A DNA stretch of 64,000 nucleotides from Dehalococcoidia bacterium. Its GTDB lineage: Bacteria; Chloroflexota; Dehalococcoidia; Lucifugimonadales; UBA3495. The notes below the pieces were generated by a model. That model saw only the letters and a program-made list of their open reading frames with translations, made no database searches and was not told where the DNA came from. The position numbers and the translations under genes are program-made. Shown piece after piece: positions 17,608 through 24,880 of the stretch; the stretch's first letter is position 1; each line of letters starts with the position of its first letter. The stretch covers positions 1,241,907 to 1,305,906 of the forward strand of contig OZ253464.1 in assembly GCA_965261355.1 (NCBI GenBank), given 5' to 3'.

Positions 17608-18370
17608 CCACGGCGGCCACGATCGCAGCGGGAACGGCCTGTTCTTCCAGCACCCGCAGGGCTTCGGCAGTGGTCCCGGCAGGGGAGACCACCATGTCCT
17701 TCAACTCGGCTGGATGCCGGCCCGTCTCCATCACCAGCCTGGTGCTGCCGAAGACAGTCTGCAGTACCAGGGTGCGGGCCATGTCACGCGGCATGCCAAC
17801 GTAGACACCCGCGTCTATCAAGGCCTCGATGAACAGGAATACATACGCAGGACCGCTGGCGCTGAGTGCCGTCGCCATGTCCATGTACTTTTCGTCAGAG
17901 ACGTAAATTTCCTCGCCGACGCTGCCCAGCACCGCCTTCGTCATGTCGCGCTGGTAATCGCTGACACCGGAGGAACAGGTCCAGAGGGTCATCCCGCTCC
18001 CCACCTGGGCCGGAGTGTTGGGCATCACCCGTACAACCGACTTGTGGCCCAGGCCTTCCGTCAGAGTGGACATCCGGGCCCCGGCTACTATCGACAGGGC
18101 GGCCTGCTCGTCGTTAAGGGAGCCCTTCAGTTGCGACAACACCGAGGCCAGGTCCTGCGGCTTCACCGCCAGCACCACCAAGTCCGCCCCTGAAGCGGCC
18201 TCCAGGTTGTCGGCCACTGGGGACACTCCAAATTCGCCTTTCAGGAACGCGCGGCGTTCGGCCACAGGTTCGCCGACCGCAATGTCCGCGGGCGCCGCCA
18301 GCTCGCCGGACAGCACGCCGTGGACTATGGACTCGGCCATTTTCCCGCCGCCGATGAACGATAACTTCAT
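17567..18370 (-). CDS. proC: pyrroline-5-carboxylate reductase
   Basis: 267 aa. It has the N-terminal Rossmann motif KLSFIGGGKMAESI and a ProC C-terminal dimerisation region (SPAGTTAEALRVLE). Confidence 0.9.
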   Translation of the reverse strand: MKLSFIGGGKMAESIVHGVLSGELAAPADIAVGEPVAERRAFLKGEFGVSPVADNLEAASGADLVVLAVKPQDLASVLSQLKGSLNDEQAALSIVAGARMSTLTEGLGHKSVVRVMPNTPAQVGSGMTLWTCSSGVSDYQRDMTKAVLGSVGEEIYVSDEKYMDMATALSASGPAYVFLFIEALIDAGVYVGMPRDMARTLVLQTVFGSTRLVMETGRHPAELKDMVVSPAGTTAEALRVLEEQAVPAAIVAAVDAAYRKSVQLGQG

Positions 18371-18390
18371 AGCGCCCTTACTCCCGGAGA

Positions 18391-18400
18391 ATTATACCAC
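18391..18400 (-). promoter_or_regulatory. candidate extended -10 promoter (GTGGTATAAT) for proC
   Basis: Minus strand reads CCCGGTGGTATAATTCTCCGGGAGTAAGGGCGCT-ATG. This is TGnTATAAT 21 nt upstream of the proC start, with an SD in between. Confidence 0.5.
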
Positions 18401-18507
18401 CGGGGCCTGTATTACCTTACTCGCGGGGCAACCGTGGTCTGCCAGACTCCATGCCGCCGACAACAGATCCTCGGTCTGACAGGAACGAGGTGGCAGCAAG
18501 GGGGTGA

Positions 18508-19524
18508 CTAGAAGTCCGACAGCCCGTCTCCCTTGACAAGGGCGACCGCCAACCTGATGGACTCCAGCATGCTCGTGTGTGCGGCCACTCCCTTGCCAGC
18601 TATATCGAACGCCGTTCCATGATCGACCGACGTGCGGACGAAGGGCAGCCCGAGGTTCGCGGTAATGCTTTCTTCGAAGCCGTAAACCTTGACGGGGATG
18701 TGGCCTTGGTCGTGGTACATCGCCAGCACCACGTCGTAGCGACCTTCCGCGTGGTGGTGGAACACTATGTCTGCCGGGATTGGACCAAAGGCGTTGATAC
18801 CCTCGGAGCGGGCGGTTTCCACCGCAGGAGAGATTTCCTCCGCTTCCTCGTTGCCCAGCAGCCCGCCGTCGCTGCCGTGGGGGTTCAGAGCGGCGGCGGC
18901 AATGCGCGGCTCTCGGAAGCCGAACTTCACGAAGGACTCGTGAGTGAGACGAAGGTAGTCCAGTATCCGGTCCTTCTTCACGTAGTCGCAGGCCACTCGC
19001 AGCGAGCGATGCGTCGTAAGGTGGACAACTCTCATATTGCGGGCCATGAGCATTGTGGCCACAGTGCTGGAACCGGTGAGTTCCTGGAGCAACTCCATGT
19101 GGCCGATGGACCTGTATCCGGCCAGGCTCGCCGCCTCCTTGTTCAAGGGAGCAGTGGCCAGTCCATCCACCGCGCCGGCCTGCGCCAGCTCTCCCGCCCG
19201 GGTAACCCATTCCATGGCCGCCCTGCCGCAGGTGGGGTTGATCTCGCCAACGGTGATGTCTTCAGGGTTCAGGTTGCCGATGTCCACCACGTCAATAACC
19301 GAGCTGTCCCGTCCGGCACGGGCCGCGTCATCGGGTTGACCAACTCGAAGGGGAACGCCGGTCAGGGCCACCGCCTGCTCCATCGCATAGCTGCTGCCCA
19401 CAACCACGGGCCGGCACGAGTCATACACGCGAGGGTCGGCCAGTGCCTTGGCAACCACCTCGGGTCCGATACCGCAGGGGTCTCCCATGGTTATTGCAAT
19501 GCCGGGTTTGCGGCCGCTAGTCAT
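18508..19524 (-). CDS. pdxA: 4-hydroxythreonine-4-phosphate dehydrogenase
   Basis: 338 aa with PdxA motifs GDPCGIGPEV and SVDHGTAFDIAGKG. Confidence 0.9.
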   Translation of the reverse strand: MTSGRKPGIAITMGDPCGIGPEVVAKALADPRVYDSCRPVVVGSSYAMEQAVALTGVPLRVGQPDDAARAGRDSSVIDVVDIGNLNPEDITVGEINPTCGRAAMEWVTRAGELAQAGAVDGLATAPLNKEAASLAGYRSIGHMELLQELTGSSTVATMLMARNMRVVHLTTHRSLRVACDYVKKDRILDYLRLTHESFVKFGFREPRIAAAALNPHGSDGGLLGNEEAEEISPAVETARSEGINAFGPIPADIVFHHHAEGRYDVVLAMYHDQGHIPVKVYGFEESITANLGLPFVRTSVDHGTAFDIAGKGVAAHTSMLESIRLAVALVKGDGLSDF

Positions 19525-19550
19525 TTCAGCCCGCCTTAAGATTTTTGGGG

Positions 19551-19561
19551 ATTATATCACC
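19551..19561 (-). promoter_or_regulatory. candidate extended -10 promoter (GGTGATATAAT) for pdxA
   Basis: Minus strand reads CCGGTGATATAATCCCCAAAAATCTTAAGGCGGGCTGAA-ATG. This is TGnTATAAT 27 nt upstream of the start. Confidence 0.5.
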
Positions 19562-19662
19562 GGACCCAGCGGGAGAAGATGTACGCAAGCGCGTAAAGAG
19601 GGCGCTTTCCCGCTGGACTCCGCGCCCTCCCATGGTACCTTATTCAGCCGTTGCTCATGGTT

Positions 19663-22101
19663 CTATTCGCACTTGTTCCAGCCACAAGAAATGCACATCA
19701 GGCAGCCTTCCTGGTAGATGACCGGCGTGTTGCAGTCGGGGCAGCGCCGGCCGGTGAGCTGAACGACTCCGTTCTCTTGCAGGACGCCGTTCTCATGCCC
19801 GCTGCCGTTTCCGTTCCCGGAGTGGACCACTTCCGGCGCGAAGGCCATCTGCACAGCACCCCCCGATGCCGCAGCGCCCTCGACGCCGGCGGTGTGTCGC
19901 TCCAACGCCAGCGCCACCGCATCGGGACCGGACCGCACCAGGGTGCCCTCGTCCCAGGCCGGGCAGCAGGTGATTCCCCTCAGCTGTTCCAAAACGGCGG
20001 ATGGATCGATTCCCGACCGCAGCGCCAAGGACACCAGCCTCGAAATCGCCTCCAACTGCGCGGAATCGCAGCCCCCAGCCTTTCCGAGGTTTCCAAACAC
20101 CTCAAAGGGGCGGTGTTTCTCGTCAAAGTTTATGGTCACGTACATGTTCCCATGGCCAGTGCGAACCCGCTCCGTCACTCCCTGGATCGACTGCGGCCGA
20201 CTTCGAGGGGTGGCCCTGACCGACGCCGGACCTGCCTCCTCTTCCAGCGACTGTCCAGTCTCTCCGGTGCTTAGCACCTGCCCATCCTTGCTGCCGTCCC
20301 GGTACACCGTGATGCCCTTGCAGCCCAGCTCGTACGCCAGCATGTAGGCATCGGCAACATCCTGGACTGTTGCGGTGTGCGGGAAGTTGATGGTCTTGGA
20401 GACGGCATTGTCGGTGTGGTCCTGCGCTGCGCCCTGCATACGGACGTGCCATTCGGGTGATATGTCGTGGGAGGTGCGGAATACCTCCTTCACCCACTGC
20501 GGCACTTCCAGGCCATCCAGCGTTCCGGTCCGTGCGATCTCCTCGATCAGCTGCTCCGAGTAGAACCCCTCTGTGCGCGCCACGGCCTCGAAATAGGGAT
20601 TCCCCTCCACCAGGCGGGTGTTGTCCATCACGTTGCGGACGTATCCCAATGCAAACAGCGGCTCAATGCCGCTGGACGCGCCGGCTATGATGCTGATGGT
20701 ACCGGTGGGCGCAATGGTGGTGGGGGCGGAATTGCGCATCAGTCGTGGTTCGCCGCCGTCTCGACCATTGTATACGCTGCCATCCCAGGCAGGGAACGGG
20801 CCCCTGACTCCGGCGAGGTCAGAGGAGGCCTGGTGAGTCCGCCGCTGGATGAAGCCCATCACCTGACCGGCGATTTCCAATGCTTCCTCGGAGTCGTAGG
20901 GAACCGCAAGCTGGATGAGCAGGTCGGCAAAGCCCATGACTCCGAGACCGATACGCCTGGTCTTCTTGCTCATCTCTTCGATTTCGGGGATGGGGTACTT
21001 ATTCATATCGATGACGTTATCAAGCAGGTGGACCGCGACCTCTATCGTCTCGGACAGACGCTCCCAATCGATGGCCACATCGCCGTGCTCAAAGCGGACC
21101 ATGCGGCACAGGTTGATGGAGGCCAGGTTGCACGACTCGTGGGGCAGAAGCGGCTGCTCCCCGCACGGGTTGGTGCTTTCAATGACGCCCAACTGCGGGT
21201 TGGGGTTGTCACGGTTGATGACGTCTAGGAAGACGAGGCCCGGGTCTCCGGTCTTCCATGCCATCTCCGCGAGCAGGTCAAACACGTCACGAGCGTTCAA
21301 TTGGCCAGTGGTCTTGCCGTTGCGGGGGTTGATGAGATCATAGAACTCCCCCCGTTTAACCTTCTCCATGAAGTCAGCATCGACGCCCACCGATATGTTG
21401 AAGTTGACCAGCGTCTCGCCGTCTTCCTTCGATCGGATGAATTTCAGAATGTCGGGATGAGTGACGTCCAGGATGCCCATGTTCGCGCCCCGTCGCGTGC
21501 CACCCTGCTTGACCACGTCCGTTGCCGTGTCAAACGCGCGTATAAAGCTGACCGGGCCGCTGGCCACCCCGCCGGTGGAGCCGACAACGTCGCCTTCCGG
21601 ACGGAGACGACTGAAGGCGAAGCCAGTGCCCCCGCCGCTCTTGTGGATGAGGGCCGTCTGCTTCACTTTGTTGAATATCCCGTCCAACGAGTCGTCGACT
21701 GGCAGGACGAAGCAAGCGGAAAGCTGCTGCAGTTCGCGACCAGCGTTCATCAGCGTAGGCGAGTTGGGCAGCAGCTCTAGGCGCCGCATAGCCTCGTAGA
21801 AGCGGTCCTCCGTGGCCTGCCTCTCTTCTTCGGTTGCTCCGTACAGAAGGTCGGCCTGCGAAAGATTGTGCGCAACGCGACGGAACATGCCGACGGCGCC
21901 CTCCAGCACGTTGCCTTCGCGGTCCTTGGAAAGATAGCGGCGGAGCAGCACCACCTCTGCATTGGCGCTCAGCTCGCCGTTTCTCCCGTTAATATCTCCG
22001 GCGATGCCGGCCGCGGCAAGCGATTCGGCGATGCGTTGCCGGCTCTCGGGATTGGGGTTGACCGGAGACGCTTCTTCTGCAGTGTAATTGGTGACAGTCA
22101 T
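19663..22101 (-). CDS. nrdJ: class II (adenosylcobalamin-dependent) ribonucleotide reductase
   Basis: 812 aa. The active-site region is TNPCGEQPLLPHESCNLASINL. The C-terminal Cys-rich zinc-finger tail is CPDCNTPVIYQEGCLMCISCGWNKCE. nrdR lies upstream. Confidence 0.9.
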   Translation of the reverse strand: MTVTNYTAEEASPVNPNPESRQRIAESLAAAGIAGDINGRNGELSANAEVVLLRRYLSKDREGNVLEGAVGMFRRVAHNLSQADLLYGATEEERQATEDRFYEAMRRLELLPNSPTLMNAGRELQQLSACFVLPVDDSLDGIFNKVKQTALIHKSGGGTGFAFSRLRPEGDVVGSTGGVASGPVSFIRAFDTATDVVKQGGTRRGANMGILDVTHPDILKFIRSKEDGETLVNFNISVGVDADFMEKVKRGEFYDLINPRNGKTTGQLNARDVFDLLAEMAWKTGDPGLVFLDVINRDNPNPQLGVIESTNPCGEQPLLPHESCNLASINLCRMVRFEHGDVAIDWERLSETIEVAVHLLDNVIDMNKYPIPEIEEMSKKTRRIGLGVMGFADLLIQLAVPYDSEEALEIAGQVMGFIQRRTHQASSDLAGVRGPFPAWDGSVYNGRDGGEPRLMRNSAPTTIAPTGTISIIAGASSGIEPLFALGYVRNVMDNTRLVEGNPYFEAVARTEGFYSEQLIEEIARTGTLDGLEVPQWVKEVFRTSHDISPEWHVRMQGAAQDHTDNAVSKTINFPHTATVQDVADAYMLAYELGCKGITVYRDGSKDGQVLSTGETGQSLEEEAGPASVRATPRSRPQSIQGVTERVRTGHGNMYVTINFDEKHRPFEVFGNLGKAGGCDSAQLEAISRLVSLALRSGIDPSAVLEQLRGITCCPAWDEGTLVRSGPDAVALALERHTAGVEGAAASGGAVQMAFAPEVVHSGNGNGSGHENGVLQENGVVQLTGRRCPDCNTPVIYQEGCLMCISCGWNKCE

Positions 22102-22244
22102 GACCCCTCACTAACACGAGAGCGGGGATGTGGAGCGTGGATTTCAGCTCCCTGCCCCGTCTTCCAACAAATAAGAATCTCTTCCCAACTGCCACCGTAC
22201 AAGTGTCAAGTTAAGAAAGCAACCGACACTAAAGCTAAACGCCT

Positions 22245-22290
22245 ATACTACATATTGTGCGCAGCATTTTTGGTATACAGCAGGTTGTGG
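22245..22290. promoter_or_regulatory. tandem NrdR-box-like sites in the nrdJ leader
   Basis: The 16-mers ATACTACATATTGTGC (22245-22260) and ATACAGCAGGTTGTGG (22275-22290) are 30 bp apart start-to-start. They match the NrdR-box palindrome acaCwAtATaTwGtgt at 13/16 and 10/16 by my count. They sit just downstream of the predicted -10. Confidence 0.5.
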
Positions 22291-22293
22291 GGG

Positions 22294-22322
22294 ATTTTAA
22301 CTACACGATTATGTCGTGTCAA
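22294..22322 (-). promoter_or_regulatory. candidate sigma-70-type promoter of nrdJ
   Basis: Minus strand reads TTGACA (22322-22317), 17-nt spacer, TAAAAT (22299-22294). The spacer and -35 contain the inverted repeat ACACGA-ttatg-TCGTGT (22303-22319). Confidence 0.55.
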
Positions 22323-22360
22323 TAGCAGTAGAATCCGCTTGGTGCAATTTTTGAGAGCTC

Positions 22361-22588
22361 TTAGCCGGGAACGATGTCTTCGTCTTCCCAGTCCTCGTCC
22401 TCGAGCTCGAACTCGCCGGTTAGCCAGCATGTAGCCAGGCTGGATCGGCGGCGAACGTCAATGTCATCCTGAATCTGGGCAATGCGTCCGCTTACCGGCT
22501 GGGCCCTGAGGGTGGACCGCAACTCCTGGATCTCGGTGTTGAGAGTCAGCAATCTGGTGAGCGGAAAAATTTGCAGGCTGGTATCCAT
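22361..22588 (-). CDS. hypothetical small protein (75 aa) with acidic, Trp-containing C-terminal tail, between nrdR and nrdJ
   Basis: ATG 22588 lies 8 nt after AAGGAG (22602-22597), which overlaps the nrdR TAA stop. Third codon positions are GC-rich like neighbouring genes. The sequence is MDTSLQIFPLTRLLTLNTEIQELRSTLRAQ...GEFELEDEDWEDEDIVPG. I recognise no family. Confidence 0.5.
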   Translation of the reverse strand: MDTSLQIFPLTRLLTLNTEIQELRSTLRAQPVSGRIAQIQDDIDVRRRSSLATCWLTGEFELEDEDWEDEDIVPG

Positions 22589-22600
22589 GGGGGCCACTCC

Positions 22601-23239
22601 TTATTCGCCTCCCATCGTCCCCACAGCCTCACCTAATCTTTCTTCCTCGGTTTCCCTGGAAAGCTTATCTACAACCCCGGTGTCCTCATTGTCCGCCCCG
22701 TTGGGCACGCTTACAGGCACTGGTGCAGCCCTTCGGCGTCCCCTGGACGGGGAATGAGGAGCAGGAGGCATATCAAGGAGCGGCAACTGTTGTATGCTGT
22801 CGCGCAGGTCTCGAACTGCTTTCTCGAAACTTTCTATCTCTTGGAAGTTACGATGCACGCTCGCAAATCGGATGTAGGCGACCGTATCCAGGTCCTTTAA
22901 TCGGTCCATGATGGCGGTGCCCAGAACGTCCGATAGTACTTCTCCACTGCCGTTCTGCTGGAACTCGGCTTCGATCTCGTCCACCATTGTCTCAATCGAC
23001 CGGGCGGTAACCGGACGCTTGGCGCATGCCTTGCGCAGCCCAGCTACCATCTTCTCCCGACTGAACTCTTCCCGTCTGCCGTCGCGCTTTGAAACCATGA
23101 GTGGCACACTCTGCACCCGCTCGTGGGTGGTGAAGCGACGCTGGCAACCCAAGCACTCGCGGCGTCGGCGGATGCCCGCATCGTTCACCCGGGAGTCGGT
23201 GACCTTCGAGCTTTTATCGGAGCAGTATGGACAACGCAT
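22601..23239 (-). CDS. nrdR: transcriptional repressor NrdR, with ~55-aa C-terminal extension
   Basis: N-terminal zinc ribbon MRCPYCSDKSSKVTDSR...CLGCQRRFTTHERV followed by an ATP-cone. It is 212 aa, compared with the usual ~150-160 aa. Confidence 0.9.
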   Translation of the reverse strand: MRCPYCSDKSSKVTDSRVNDAGIRRRRECLGCQRRFTTHERVQSVPLMVSKRDGRREEFSREKMVAGLRKACAKRPVTARSIETMVDEIEAEFQQNGSGEVLSDVLGTAIMDRLKDLDTVAYIRFASVHRNFQEIESFEKAVRDLRDSIQQLPLLDMPPAPHSPSRGRRRAAPVPVSVPNGADNEDTGVVDKLSRETEEERLGEAVGTMGGE

Positions 23240-23285
23240 ATGCTTCGTTCCCGCGTGGCTACCAAAGTCGGCCGCGACAGATTAT

Positions 23286-23332
23286 GTACACTATTTGGTG
23301 CCGTATCCAGCTGGCAGTACTATTTGTTGTGG
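23286..23332. promoter_or_regulatory. tandem NrdR-box-like sites in the nrdR leader (autoregulation candidate)
   Basis: GTACACTATTTGGTGC (23286-23301) and GTACTATTTGTTGTGG (23317-23332) are 31 bp apart start-to-start. They match the NrdR-box consensus at 10/16 and 11/16 by my count. Confidence 0.45.
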
Positions 23333-23354
23333 GACTCCTTAAAGTATGCGGGGG

Positions 23355-23383
23355 ATTCTAATTTAGACTCTCGTGCAAGTCAA
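23355..23383 (-). promoter_or_regulatory. candidate sigma-70-type promoter of nrdR
   Basis: Minus strand reads TTGACT (23383-23378), 17-nt spacer, TAGAAT (23360-23355). It is followed by the two box-like sites. Confidence 0.5.
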
Positions 23384-23404
23384 ATCTCATGGACATCGAT
23401 ATTG

Positions 23405-23442
23405 GAAATACGAAAGGGCCGTCCCCCATTAGAGGGACGGCC
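23405..23442 (-). terminator. rho-independent terminator between ftsZ and the nrdR promoter
   Basis: Perfect 9-bp stem GGCCGTCCC (23417-23425) / GGGACGGCC (23434-23442). On the minus strand it is followed by CTTTCGTATTTCC. Confidence 0.6.
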
Positions 23443-23540
23443 TACGATGATTCCCGGCGCCCAAATTGTTGCCGGATTATGGTGGATAAGTGCGTCAGGC
23501 TGCCGAGAACGTTACTCCGCGCCAACGGCGGGGCTAAAGA

Positions 23541-23565
23541 AGCGGGCCGGGCGGGCCGGCCCGCT
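23541..23565 (-). terminator. GC-rich hairpin immediately after the ftsZ stop (weak terminator or mRNA-stabilising stem)
   Basis: Perfect 10-bp stem AGCGGGCCGG / CCGGCCCGCT with a 5-nt loop. Only a short T-containing tail follows on the minus strand. Confidence 0.3.
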
Positions 23566-23576
23566 GTGATCTGCTC

Positions 23577-24719
23577 CTAGCGGAAGTTGCCGAAAGAACG
23601 GCCCGAGTTGCGCCGCAGGAAGCTGGGGACGTCCAGCTCGTCCTCGGAAAGCGGCGACACGTCGGACAACAGGCGCTCCAGCTCCTGCTCCCGCATCTGA
23701 CGGTTTTCGGCCATCACCGGGAACGCTGCGGCGACCATGGTTATCTTGATCTCGTCCTCGAGACGCGGGTCGCGGCAGGTGCCGAAGATGATGTTGGATT
23801 CTGGGTCGGACATGTCCTGGATGACCTGGGCCGCGTCCTGAACTTCCTGCAGAGTCAGGCTGGCGCCGCCCGTGATCACGAACAGGATGCGCTTGGCGCC
23901 GTCCATGGTGATGTCGAGCAGCGGGCTCTTGGTGGCCATTCGGGCCGCTTCGACCGCCCGGTTGTCGCCCTTGCCCTTGCCGATGGCGAGCCAGGCCGGG
24001 CCGGCGTTGCTCAGGATGGTCCGCACGTCGGCGAAGTCCACGTTGATCTCCCCGGGGACCGTGATGACCTCGGCGATGGCCTGGATGCCCTGCTGCAGCA
24101 CCGAGTCAGCCATCTTCAGCGCGTCTTCCCAGGTAAAGTTCTGCTCGCCCCCGTCGATCAGGTGGAGCAGACGGTCGTTGGGGATGACGATGAGGGTGTC
24201 CACGTGGTCCTTCAGCCTGGCTATGCCCTCTTCGGCGTTCTTCTTGCGGGTGGCGGACTCGAAGGAGAAAGGACGACTCACAACGCCCACGGTGAGCGCC
24301 CCGGTTTCCTTCGCAATCTGGGCTACCACCGGGGACGCGCCGGTACCGGTACCACCGCCCATGCCCACGGCAACGAACACCAGGTCGGCGCCCTGCATCG
24401 CCTGCGCAATCTCTTGTCGGCTCTCCTCGGCAGCTTGGCGGCCCAGGTCGGGGTTCGCGCCGGAGCCGAGACCGCGGGTCAGGTTGGCGCCGATGGCCAT
24501 CCGGTTGGGGACGTCCAGCCGGAAGAGGTGCTGGGCGTCGGTGTTGATGCTGTAGTACTCCACGACCGGAAGTTTTTCCTTGTACATGCGGCTGACCGCG
24601 TTGGATCCGCCGCCGCCCACGCCTACCACCTTGATGGTGGGCGCTCCGGCATTGACTTCCTGGACCATGTCAAAGGTGTATTCAGGATCTTCTAGGGGTT
24701 CCCATGCCGCCGATGTCAT
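23577..24719 (-). CDS. ftsZ: cell division protein FtsZ
   Basis: ORF 23577-25007 trimmed to ATG 24719, which is preceded by GGAGGA at 8-nt spacing. The longer ORF runs into ftsA. The tubulin signature VGVGGGGSNAV and GGTGTG are present. Confidence 0.9.
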   Translation of the reverse strand: MTSAAWEPLEDPEYTFDMVQEVNAGAPTIKVVGVGGGGSNAVSRMYKEKLPVVEYYSINTDAQHLFRLDVPNRMAIGANLTRGLGSGANPDLGRQAAEESRQEIAQAMQGADLVFVAVGMGGGTGTGASPVVAQIAKETGALTVGVVSRPFSFESATRKKNAEEGIARLKDHVDTLIVIPNDRLLHLIDGGEQNFTWEDALKMADSVLQQGIQAIAEVITVPGEINVDFADVRTILSNAGPAWLAIGKGKGDNRAVEAARMATKSPLLDITMDGAKRILFVITGGASLTLQEVQDAAQVIQDMSDPESNIIFGTCRDPRLEDEIKITMVAAAFPVMAENRQMREQELERLLSDVSPLSEDELDVPSFLRRNSGRSFGNFR

Positions 24720-24880
24720 TTTCGCTTCCTCCGCATCGAGTGATGTTTTTTCTGTTACCGGGTCCCGTCCGGTATTGATTAGGCCCTGCCATGGGTAACT
24801 TGAATGTCCGTGGTAACTAGGGTTTCCCATCCAGGTTTCGGTCTTCCGAAACTGTGCCCCGCCTGACATGCGGCTATGGG

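Noticed and set aside
23481-23489. DnaA-box-like GGTGGATAA (8/9 to TGTGGATAA) downstream of ftsZ.
   Set aside because: It is a single isolated site with no cluster, no AT-rich unwinding element and no dnaA/dnaN context.
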